A stretch of DNA of 62,673 nt, filler included. It is 10 parts of 10 records of this genome, joined end to end, with 100 filler letters (N's around TTAATTAATTAA, not from the genome) between each part and the next. Parts side by side here need not be neighbours in the genome. Positions count along the whole stretch, not along the records: positions 17,866 to 33,094 come from SRR7504441_2536; 9 more parts are not named here. The stretch is one strand, 5' to 3'. Each line of letters begins with the position of its first letter. The stretch's first letter is position 1. The position numbers were made by a program, and so were the translations under genes. This document shows, in pieces, positions 21,022-30,236 of the stretch. Below the pieces are notes generated by a model, which saw nothing but the letters and a program-made list of their open reading frames with translations, did not search any database and was not told where the DNA came from.

Positions 21022-22929
21022 CTAACTATGGTTGTCGATGTTGCCACCACAATCAGAGCACAGCCATTTCGTCGAATTTGTGCCAACTGTGAACTCTAAA
21101 GGCACCTGCAGTGTGGGGATCGCTGCCGTAGCAATAGCCCACCCGCGAGCCTCGAGTGCCCTCACCTCTTCGGCTGTGCGAAAACGATCTTCAGCAATCT
21201 CGCCAGAAGCAATACGGCCTAGGCATTGCGAACACATGTGCCAGAAACCATGTAGGAAAGCCCGCCATGCAGGGAGGCAGGTGGAATCGTTGCATTTCAC
21301 CCGCCATCGCATCTGCAGCCCTCCCATGCTGTTGTCACCATCGGTCGGCCCCCGGGCTATGACATAGTTTCGCGCCACCGCCATCGAGCCTAACTCCTGA
21401 GTAGGGGCCAGCTGCACCGGAAATCGAGCAGCTAATTCCTTGACAGCTGGTGCCCCAGATGCCTTGAGTACCGCACCAATCTCGACGTTTTTCGGCTGCA
21501 AGTTGTCATAACCCCAGCCCGCTTTCGTGAAGTTTTGTGAGCCGACAAATAGCACACCACCAGTACCATCTTGTGATGTCGCAAGCAGTGCTTTGCCGTG
21601 AAGGATCGGCGTCAATGCATCTGCTTCGCAACGGTCAAACTTGGGGAGTGAATCATAAAAGTGATTATTGAGGACTGTCGTGTCCGACTTTGAGCTTGGG
21701 GCAGTAGTTCGCAGCACGGCAAAGCTATTTGTCTGGGGCGCCAAGACAGTCGCCCGAGAAGAGTGATATAAAAAGCAGCTGCCAATGGTCTCCCACTCAT
21801 CTTCACCTGCCGATGGCGGTCGACGGCGAAGTGTGGATGCCATCTGTGAGAGGAAATTGGGATGTATCTGGCCGTAGTGACCTGTGGCGATGTCTAGCCT
21901 TCCATCCGTCTGTGGTGCATCTATCTCGTCGAGGGCTCGCTGCAGCTGCAACCAGCCGCCCTTATCAACACCATTTGGGCCACCAGGCATGCAGGTGACT
22001 AGTGCACATGTAGTCTTCTGAAAGTCTACGCCATAAATCACATCAGTGCAGTGCATGTCCACCCATCGCTCATCTTGTGGCGGTAGACCGCTGTATGGCA
22101 GGTACTGAAGGAATCTCTTCAGTCGAGCCCCGAAGTGAGGGCAGCTGTCAGGAGTGGCGGTATCGACAACAGGGAAGTCTTGGACAAAGAGTGAGTCTCT
22201 GTCCAGCTCCATCTGACCGTCTAGATTCGTTCCACCTAGGGCCACGCGCAAGAGCGAACCAGTACGGAACAGCATGAGCGAGCAGTGCATGATGCCTGCC
22301 TTTTTTTGACCCTCCAAGACATACCAACCAGCACCACGCTCCCGTAGTGTGGGTGCCCTCCATGGCTTCGCCGGCGGGCACCTCTCAGCGATAAGAAGGA
22401 CGCGCCGGATGGAATCAGATGATTTCTTGCGGAGCCACTCATAAGATCTGTCCGGGAAGAGGCTCGTGAAGACAGCTGACTCACAGCCAGCAGGGACCAA
22501 GTCGGACCAGGAGACATGCCGGTGCGATGGGACCTCGCCTGGCATGAGGTTCATGTAGGCCTGTCCGACGCTGAAGTCGTGCGTGCCCAGCTGCGGCGCG
22601 GCCTGAACCACAGCTGGCGCGGCCTCGTGCTCAGGCTCCGCTACTGGCTGCGGCTGGGCGGCGGCCGCGCTGCTGACGGGATACATGCTCACCTGCGCTG
22701 CTGCTGGGCCATCCCTGGGTTTACGGCTTGCTCGTTTGCGTTTGCGCGGCGGCGGCGCTTTGGGCTCCTCATCTTCGCTCGACACTGGCTCAATGAGGTA
22801 GGCAACTGACGGCTGGGCCGGCGGCGGGGGCGGGCTGGCCGCCTGGTGCGCGTCGCAGACCTCGCACCGCTCGTTGCCCCCGGTGTTGTGGTAGGTGCAC
22901 ATAGCGCAGACCCACCCTCCGGGCACCAT
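21022..22929 (-). CDS. RanBP2/NZF zinc finger plus tyrosyl-DNA phosphodiesterase 1-like (PLD superfamily) protein
   Basis: WVCAMCTYHN....RCEVC; first motif MHCSLMLF..LRVALGGTNL; FVQDFP; second motif LHGK...FVGSQNFTKAGWG...NVEIG. Confidence 0.82.
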   Translation of the reverse strand: MVPGGWVCAMCTYHNTGGNERCEVCDAHQAASPPPPPAQPSVAYLIEPVSSEDEEPKAPPPRKRKRASRKPRDGPAAAQVSMYPVSSAAAAQPQPVAEPEHEAAPAVVQAAPQLGTHDFSVGQAYMNLMPGEVPSHRHVSWSDLVPAGCESAVFTSLFPDRSYEWLRKKSSDSIRRVLLIAERCPPAKPWRAPTLRERGAGWYVLEGQKKAGIMHCSLMLFRTGSLLRVALGGTNLDGQMELDRDSLFVQDFPVVDTATPDSCPHFGARLKRFLQYLPYSGLPPQDERWVDMHCTDVIYGVDFQKTTCALVTCMPGGPNGVDKGGWLQLQRALDEIDAPQTDGRLDIATGHYGQIHPNFLSQMASTLRRRPPSAGEDEWETIGSCFLYHSSRATVLAPQTNSFAVLRTTAPSSKSDTTVLNNHFYDSLPKFDRCEADALTPILHGKALLATSQDGTGGVLFVGSQNFTKAGWGYDNLQPKNVEIGAVLKASGAPAVKELAARFPVQLAPTQELGSMAVARNYVIARGPTDGDNSMGGLQMRWRVKCNDSTCLPAWRAFLHGFWHMCSQCLGRIASGEIAEDRFRTAEEVRALEARGWAIATAAIPTLQVPLEFTVGTNSTKWLCSDCGGNIDNHS

Positions 22930-23112
22930 GATCTTCCGGTCTTTGAGCCTGCACACACACACCTGCGCATGCACACTGCAGCACAAGTGCTGCATCGGAA
23001 GCGCTGGTTGAGCGGTTGAGGGGAGGTGGGGTCGGTACTCGGGATACAAGAAAAACAAAGGGGATCGACGCGTCTCGTAGGATATCTGTTGGAGACTTGC
23101 GTATAAAATAGG

Positions 23113-23213
23113 ATGCATCCGATTTGGCACCGCCAGGCGCCGGCCATGGCGCCGGCTTAGACTCAACTTCACGAATAAATTTACGAGTAGCTATATATGC
23201 ATCCGATTTGGCA
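23113..23213. repeat. 17-bp direct repeat ATGCATCCGATTTGGCA flanking a 67-nt spacer
   Basis: Exact copies at 23113-23129 and 23197-23213. Confidence 0.85.
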
Positions 23214-23235
23214 TGCAATGCCGAACACTGCTATG

Positions 23236-24381
23236 CTACATCAACTCCAAATCGAATGAGTCCCGCCACTGCAACGGGAGCACCCTGCCAGCACCGTCGA
23301 ACTCGAGCGGTGTCCAGTAGGTTGGGTCACGCCCGACACGGTACTGCTGCTGGCCAAGCGTGCACGCGGCCGGGGCAGGTTTGTAGCAAAGGTTGGTGCA
23401 CGAGCGGTTGTTTCCTGGCCCCTGGAGCCAGCGGTCGCCGAGCCAGATTAGCTCGACACCAGTGGCAGTCTGGATTGGGTTGATCGAGAAGCCCTGGGCC
23501 GCGATTGTCGGGTTGTTGGTCGGGTCGGCTGAGGGGAAGAATGCAGATCCAGGGCACCGCGGCGCGCTCTGGTTGCGGCAGTTGATGTCCGGATGCGGCG
23601 CGGTCTGCCTCGTCCACGGGCCGCGCACGTTGGGAGCGCTGAAGATGACCGCACCCGAACCCTCGCGGCAGGCGCAGCAACAGGTGCCATATGACGCGTA
23701 GTAGAGCCCAGCTCGCTTGAACATTGAGGGCGCCTCCACAAATGTGTCCGGGAAGAATCCGGCCACTAGCTCGGTGGTGTTGGTGTAGTCGTCGTTGAGC
23801 CTGCTGATCGCCACGCGGTGTCCCGGCGAGGAGGCGTTTCGGCCGGCGCTGGTTGGGCTCACCGCAAAGATAATGTACCCGGTGCCGTCGTCGTCGATGA
23901 ACAGGGTGCCCTCCCCGGAGTCCCAATCGGGTCCCAGCTGAGTAGGCACCGTGCCTTGGCGCTGCTCAAAGTGGATCCCGTGCTCCGAGGTGGCTACCTG
24001 CATCCCCGCCCACCAGGCCACAAACCGCTGGCGGCGACCGTCGTACACTACCGAGGGGCACCACTGGGTCGAGCTGTTCGAGTCCGGAAGGCAGAGCCCG
24101 CGATCCTCCCACTGGATGAGATCGGTGCTGGCGTAGACGGTGAGCTTGGGCGCGTAGCCGTTCTGCACCCAGTCGTAGTCCATTCCCGTGGCGTTGCGGT
24201 AGCGCTCGCCATACAGGTAGAAGGTGCCGTTGTGCTGCACCAGGTTGCCCGAGTGTGCGTCCACGATCTGGCCGGAGCTGTCCCGGCGAGGGGTATCGTT
24301 GCGGATGGTCACTGCGCTGCCCACCGGCAATGCACACACCACTGCGAAGATCAGCCATGTGCTCAGCTTGCTGCTGTGCAT
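23236..24381 (-). CDS. Secreted glycoside hydrolase family 43 (GH43_24-like, beta-1,3-galactanase-like)
   Basis: Signal peptide, PRRDSSGQIVDAHSG...FYLYGE, LFIDDDGTGY, VEAPSMFKRAGLYY, GPW and WLGDRW. Confidence 0.85.
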   Translation of the reverse strand: MHSSKLSTWLIFAVVCALPVGSAVTIRNDTPRRDSSGQIVDAHSGNLVQHNGTFYLYGERYRNATGMDYDWVQNGYAPKLTVYASTDLIQWEDRGLCLPDSNSSTQWCPSVVYDGRRQRFVAWWAGMQVATSEHGIHFEQRQGTVPTQLGPDWDSGEGTLFIDDDGTGYIIFAVSPTSAGRNASSPGHRVAISRLNDDYTNTTELVAGFFPDTFVEAPSMFKRAGLYYASYGTCCCACREGSGAVIFSAPNVRGPWTRQTAPHPDINCRNQSAPRCPGSAFFPSADPTNNPTIAAQGFSINPIQTATGVELIWLGDRWLQGPGNNRSCTNLCYKPAPAACTLGQQQYRVGRDPTYWTPLEFDGAGRVLPLQWRDSFDLELM

Positions 24382-24569
24382 GGCTGATGCGTCGGTCGAC
24401 TCGACCAATCGCCACCTCCAGAGCGTGCCGCGGCACTCAGTCGAGCAGTGCCCGTCACGATCTCCAACAGCTGGCCCCCTGAGCTTTAGGCTTCTGTCCA
24501 CCGATCATCCGTGTTTATTTTCTGTTAAAAATTGATCGGAACCCCTTCCGCAAAGCAACAGCCACAGCC

Positions 24570-25915
24570 ATGCAAGAGCTGGTGCTGCTGGTGTGCCTGC
24601 CGGCGGTGCTGCAGGCGGCCCCGGTGATCCCCTCCCGGTGCTTCAACGGCATACACTGTGGCGGCGGACCGCCATCCATCTTCCTGGACACGGACACGGT
24701 GACTGGCCGGGTCAGCGGGGTCAGCTTGACCGACGGGCAGGCCATGAGCGTGGACCAGCCCCAGTTCCCGCACCCGACCGACATCGACGACGACTTGGCC
24801 TTCCTGCTCGCCCTGGACCTCCAGGCCCAGCGCAAGCTCCGGATCCAGGGGGTTGTCAGCACCTTTGGGAACGCCAATTCGAGCGCCACGCACGCCGACA
24901 TGCTCCAGCTGGCGGGCGAGACCGGCTTCCCTACCGGACTGATCAGCCGGGGCGGCGAAGCGGGGGACCCGCTCGGGAGCCCCAACCTGGGCAGCCTGCG
25001 GATGGCGGCCGCGCTGAGGGGCACACCGCCGGGTGAGCGGCCGCCGATTGTGGTGGCGATCGGGTCGATGTATACGTTGGCGAACGCCGTGGTGGCGGAC
25101 CCGCAGCTTGTGAGCAAGATCGGTGCGTCCGCTAGACTGGGGCCGGCCAGCTGGGGCAGGCGGGTTGCTGATGCTGGGAGGGAGCGTGGTGCAAAAGCAC
25201 TACATAGAGAAGAACCTGGAAGGCGACCTGAACTTCCGAGCCGACCCGGCCGCCACCAACGTGCTCCTGGGGCTGCCGGTGCCCAAGGTGGACATCACAA
25301 TGGACCTCTGCATGCAGGCATCCGGCTGGGACTGCTGTAGCTGAGTTGGCAGGCAGGTGCTGTTTAATGAGGTTGATCTAGAAAGGCTCCAAGGGCCGAG
25401 CTGCCAGGGCGCAGTGATCAGAAAGCACATACCCAGACTCAAACAGTACCTCCCGGGGCTAAACCAGGGCTGATCCGGCTGCTAGGTGGCTGGTGGAGAT
25501 GGGCCGCGCTGAATTGTTTGCGTTCCAAACTTGGCCAGAGTATGGCAACGCTACAGGCTACGGAGTCAACTCCAGCACTGGAGTGATCCCATGGGATCCG
25601 ATTGCGCTGTCCTACATCACCAATCCCGAGTGGTTTGCGGACGAGAAGTGCTATGTAATGCAGCTAGGCCCGGGGATCAATCCGGGGGTGCCTGTCTCGC
25701 AGGCCAGCGCCAATGATAGGGCGGGCCGCAGGCAATCTCAAGCCAGCATGTACCGTGCGCTGAATGCCAGGCCAAAGGGTTAGCGCACGGTGGCTGGACT
25801 GGGCTGAGCTCGGGGCAGGTGGGTCAATTGTGTGATTGCTCCAACCCGAGTGACAAACGCAGGAGAGCTGCTCAAAAGGTTTGTTGATAGCTTATGCGCA
25901 GTGCAGGCTGTGTAG
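24570..25915 (+). CDS. Secreted nucleoside hydrolase family protein, about 6 introns
   Basis: FLDTDT|...DIDDDLA, VVSTFGN, AIGSMYTLA, DLNFRADPAA and PWDPIAL. Confidence 0.82.
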
Positions 25916-26040
25916 TAAGCAACACTGATATTTTAAAACCATTGTTATAAAATAGGTCACAGAATGCCCGGTCGTTGCCTGTGGCATCCGGTAAAAGACA
26001 GCCAACTTAGAGCCAGGTGCCGTGCAAAGAGTACAAGGAT

Positions 26041-27638
26041 CTAGAACACATAGGGCAGGATCCTGTACGGCACAACCTCACAGTACTGCCGAAACCCTTC
26101 GCCGTACTTGGTGGAGCACTTGATCTCATCCCTATAGCACCGGTGCACTAGGAGCACCGTCAGAAACAGAGGGTAGCCAAACGCGACTAGATTGTGCCCG
26201 GGGCCTCCCGCGAGCATGGCCCACGACCAGGCAGCCAACAACTCGAAAAAGTAGTGGAAATGCCTGGCCACTCCCCAGTAGCCGGAAGCGAGCAGCTTGG
26301 AGGTTTGAATTTTGGTTGTGCCATTTGGCTGGACCGCACGGTATTTGGCTTGGATGTACTTGGCCGGCTTGCCCCAGACCAGCTCTGTGCCGTTGGACTG
26401 CCTGAAGCTCATTTTCTGCTCGTCGGCCAGGAAGTTGCCCAGCAGCCCGATCACGCTCAAGCAGAACAGAAGCCCAGCGGACGACCAGGACAGCTCAGAC
26501 GGTGAGAGCACTGCAGCGCGCATGTACACCGTGTACAGTGTTGGCACGATCGCTAGGCAGCCGTACGTCTCATAGAAGCCGGCCCGGTCGTCTGTGATAT
26601 CCATGGTGGCAAGGTATCCAGCCTCCCACCAGAAGAACTTGACCAAATAGGCCGCGGTCGATGCTGCGGCCAGCACGAGCCCAGGGTCCCAACGGCCGTG
26701 CATCTCATGCGACTTGCACGCGAATGAGATCCCGGAGACCATCCAAAAGGTCATGGAGAAACGGCAATTGACAAAGTGCTGCACATGCCACCAGTCAGCC
26801 TACGGGGTCAGCACGGTAACTAGTGCGTGCTGCGGGGCGTCACCTTGACGTCGACTCCCATGATGCGAGGGTAGAGCTCAGCGCCCCAGTAGTAGTCGAA
26901 GAGCACCCCCTTGCCCGAAGAGCCGCTGTCCGGGCCAGACGGGGCGTAGAGCCCTTTGAGGAGCAGCAGGGCGCAGAACAAGATCCCAAACGCATTGAGC
27001 ACGATGTTGATTGCAGGGAATAGGTCGAACATCAGGCCCATGTCGTACAGCCCGCCCATCGTGCCGCCCAGCACAAAGCTGGCCACGAACAGCACCATGT
27101 GCGGCATCGCATTGTCCACATACGCCGGCACGTGGCCCTTTGGGCTCACCGGGCCGTTGAATGCTCGGCCGGGCATCGCCGCGAAGAGCAGCCCGGCCAG
27201 TCCCCCGAACCCAAGCAGGAACTGAACAGCTGGCCAGAGCTCAGCCGCCCCGAGATTGGCGGCCTGGCCCAGGCAGCCGGCCACACCGGCGTCGGCGCAC
27301 AGCTGGCTGAAGCCGCTCATGCTCTTGACGGCCGGATCGTTGGTGATGAGGCAGAGCACCATCATGGCCAGTGGGCAGGCCGGGATCAGGAACAGAGGGA
27401 GCAGCACCGTGTGCACAAACGGCGGCAGGCTGTAAGGAGCCTCCTGCTCGTCCGGTATCGGCTCGGGTTGGGCTTGGGTGGCGGCGGCGGTGGCAGCGGC
27501 GGTGGGGATGGTCCCGGTGGCGATCGAGGCCGGTGGTTGGACCACCTTCGGAGGCGTGTTCATCTCCTTGGACCACTCGACGCCGCTGGTCTTGCCGGCA
27601 AGCCGCCGGGATCTCCGCGATGGTGAATGATCAGCCAT
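26041..27638 (-). CDS. DHCR7: 7-dehydrocholesterol (delta7-sterol) reductase, ERG4/ERG24 family; intron 26779-26843
   Basis: GPVSPKGHVPAY, DYYWGAELYPR..DVK|HFVNCRF, KFFWWEAGYLATMDI..DRAGFY, LLASGYWGVARHFHY and RDEIKCSTKYG. Confidence 0.92.
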
Positions 27639-27700
27639 GTGTATGGTGTTTTCAAGTCAAACTTGTGATGGATGAGAGAATCAACTGGACATCAAATAGA

Positions 27701-28810
27701 ATGGTGCACTGTGCCATCGGCGTGCTCGCGCTGCTCAGCTGGGCGTCGCTGCCTGCTTCGGCGGTCCGGTGCTTTGAGCGCAGCGTCAGCCACTACGCGC
27801 TCGACTGGGCTTCGCAAGGCCGCACCTTCTTCGACGGCTGGGACTTTGGAGAGCGAGACTTCACCTACGGGGCTGTCCGATATGTGAACCGATCGCAGGC
27901 CGAGCACGAGGGGCTCACCCAGGCGCACGAGCACTACGCCATCGTCCAGCCGGGCGGGATCGAGAAGGGAGTGCACTTGCCGTTGCAGCGCAAGAGCGTC
28001 CGGTTGAGCTCTCACCAGAGCTGGCGATACTTCCTGGCCGCGATGCGGTTTGAGCGGACCCCGTGGGGCTGCGGGGTGTGGCCGGCGTGGTGGACCAACG
28101 GGGCATCGGGCAACTGGCCCACTGACGGCGAGCTCGACATTCTTGAGTATTGGCAATCGGACGCCCCAAGCGAGGTGAGCTTCCACACCGGCGACTCGGC
28201 CGAGGACGGCTGCACGCTCAATCGCTCGCTGCTCAACAAGCCCGGCTGCCCCAGCTTCCCGGACATCAACAACAAGCTGCTGCCCTGGCTCCGGTATGAC
28301 TGCCGGACAGACTACAATGCCATACCGCCACACCTGGGCTGTGCGCCGTCGTCTTCGGAGCACCCCAGGCCGACCGGCCGGCAATACGCCAACAGCCCCG
28401 GGGTGATAGCGGCGGAGTGGACCCGCGAGTTCATTAAGGTGTTTTATTTCAATTCATCGAGCATCCCGGCCGACCTGGAGCACGGGTCTCCGCAGCCAGA
28501 CCTTTGGGACGAGCACATTGTTTCGTACTATCCATTCGGGGCGTCAGGCTGCAACTTGAGCAGCCGTTCGTTGTCCAGCCCTCAGTCGATGGTTCTGAAT
28601 ATCGAGCTCTGCGGCGGGCGCGGCAGCTTGGAGTTTCCGTGGGGCTGCAACGGCATTTCGACGTGCAGGAACAAAAACTATGCAGGTCCAGGTGACTGTT
28701 GCACCGAATACATGACCGATGCCAAAAAGAGCTCAAAGGCCATTAAAGAACAAGCCTTCTTCAATATCTCCTGGATCAAAGTCTGGCAGCATAAGGAGGA
28801 GGAGTTCTAA
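27701..28810 (+). CDS. Secreted GH16 endo-beta-1,3(4)-glucanase (fungal Lam16A-like)
   Basis: FFDGWDF..DFTYGAVRYV, RKSVRL, PWGCGVWPAWW, catalytic GELDILE and VLNIELCG. Confidence 0.9.
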   Translation: MVHCAIGVLALLSWASLPASAVRCFERSVSHYALDWASQGRTFFDGWDFGERDFTYGAVRYVNRSQAEHEGLTQAHEHYAIVQPGGIEKGVHLPLQRKSVRLSSHQSWRYFLAAMRFERTPWGCGVWPAWWTNGASGNWPTDGELDILEYWQSDAPSEVSFHTGDSAEDGCTLNRSLLNKPGCPSFPDINNKLLPWLRYDCRTDYNAIPPHLGCAPSSSEHPRPTGRQYANSPGVIAAEWTREFIKVFYFNSSSIPADLEHGSPQPDLWDEHIVSYYPFGASGCNLSSRSLSSPQSMVLNIELCGGRGSLEFPWGCNGISTCRNKNYAGPGDCCTEYMTDAKKSSKAIKEQAFFNISWIKVWQHKEEEF

Positions 28811-28927
28811 CTAGGATCAATCGAATGACATCAGAAATTATCTGATGTACGAGTAACGAGTAACATTAAACACAGACGTGAAAGTTCTTTGATTAATTAA
28901 TAAGTTTGTTTAATAGCACACCAGTTT

Positions 28928-30145
28928 TCACTTGAATTGGGTCATCAAATAGTCGTAGGTCGGCCTCTCGTCGTCTATCGTCAGCCCAAGCTCTTGCCGC
29001 CTAGCTTCGAGCAATCGTTGCTGCAACTCAAGACGCAGCCCCCTCGTGGAGAGCCCTCTTCGGGCCAGCTCAGCCACAAGCATCGGAATCGACTCGAGCC
29101 TCTGATCCACGTACCCTCCCGTAGCCGCCTGGACCACATGCCGCTGCGCAAAGCAGCCAAACTCCCGAGCCGGATTCACTCTGCTGAAGAGAGTCAACCG
29201 GCCCCCGTCCTCGGGCTCGACCCAGTCTCTGGGCTTGAGCCGAGCCCGCCAGCTGTGCCAGCCCATCCCGAGCCATCGGCGCCGCCATAGCTGGAGCGCC
29301 CTGCCGACAAGCTCCGGGTTGAGAGGCTCCCGCACCACCGGATGCTGCCAGGTATTCCAAGCGGCGGCGAGCGCCCTATTAGACCACACTGCCCACACGC
29401 GGCGCAGCAGCATCAGTCCGTGCAGACAGCGCGCCCGCCAGCTGTTCCAGCCCCGCGCTAAGTCGCGTAGCAGCCAAAACCTGGCCGCGCGCTCCATAGC
29501 CAGGCTGGCACCTGATGATTGGTACCATGATCGCCAGGCCTGCCAGAGCAGCCGATTGCGCCACGCCCAGAGCGCCAGACGCATCGCAGCGAGGCGCGAC
29601 CGGCCGATGATCAAGGCGAGCCGCCATCGGTTCCATCCGCACAGCAGCCAGCGGCGGAGCCACAGCTCAAGCGCGTTGCGCATGATTTCAGCCCGTCGGT
29701 CAGGCCACTGATTGGCCAGCGCGCCCGATAGGTACAGCGACCGCCACTGGTTCCACACGCGCAGCAGCCACCGGTGCAGCCACATTTGGAGCGCGCGGCG
29801 CGCGGCAGCGAGCTGGGTTTCTGCAGCCAGATGGAGCGACCGCCACTGGCTCCAGGCCCGACCCAACATGGCCCGCAGCCACCGAGTCAGCGCCCGAGCC
29901 AGCAGGGCCTCCTGGCGCAGGTTCGGCCAGGCGAGCGCCCCGGCCCGGTACAGGCCGATCCAGGTCCTCCAGGCGGGCGCCACTGCCGAGAACCTAAAGT
30001 AGCTGGCGGCTAGGTGAGCCGAGCAGAGGTGGTGGCGCCAGGAGAGTGTGGTGCTGAAGCAGCCCCAGGCCCCGCACAGATTGGCCTCCAGGCTGACTAT
30101 TGCAGGCCCGAACAGTCCGTCCTCCTCCTCGGGCTGCCGATCCAT
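28928..30145 (-). CDS. Sfi1-like (centrin-binding) repeat protein with C-terminal SAP-like domain
   Basis: About 7 repeats of RALxxWxxRxLxxxWxxWR; C-terminal LVAELARRGLSTRGLRLELQQRL. Confidence 0.7.
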   Translation of the reverse strand: MDRQPEEEDGLFGPAIVSLEANLCGAWGCFSTTLSWRHHLCSAHLAASYFRFSAVAPAWRTWIGLYRAGALAWPNLRQEALLARALTRWLRAMLGRAWSQWRSLHLAAETQLAAARRALQMWLHRWLLRVWNQWRSLYLSGALANQWPDRRAEIMRNALELWLRRWLLCGWNRWRLALIIGRSRLAAMRLALWAWRNRLLWQAWRSWYQSSGASLAMERAARFWLLRDLARGWNSWRARCLHGLMLLRRVWAVWSNRALAAAWNTWQHPVVREPLNPELVGRALQLWRRRWLGMGWHSWRARLKPRDWVEPEDGGRLTLFSRVNPAREFGCFAQRHVVQAATGGYVDQRLESIPMLVAELARRGLSTRGLRLELQQRLLEARRQELGLTIDDERPTYDYLMTQFK

Positions 30146-30236
30146 GCCGACAACTCAAGAGGCGCAGGCAGTCAGCATGGTGTCAGTGTGCCGTTGGAGC
30201 GAGTTTGGTGCAGCGAACTGCTGGGAGGGTGCCCAG

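Noticed and set aside
23087-24470. 10-bp inverted repeat (CTGTTGGAGA / TCTCCAACAG) bracketing the GH43 gene, like transposon TIRs
   Set aside because: Too short, does not extend, no target-site duplication or transposase; compatible with chance.
24680-24800. Apparent 28-aa insertion in the nucleoside hydrolase DxDxxxDD motif
   Set aside because: Half of it is an in-frame 42-nt GT-AG intron (24699-24740); the rest is a modest loop extension.
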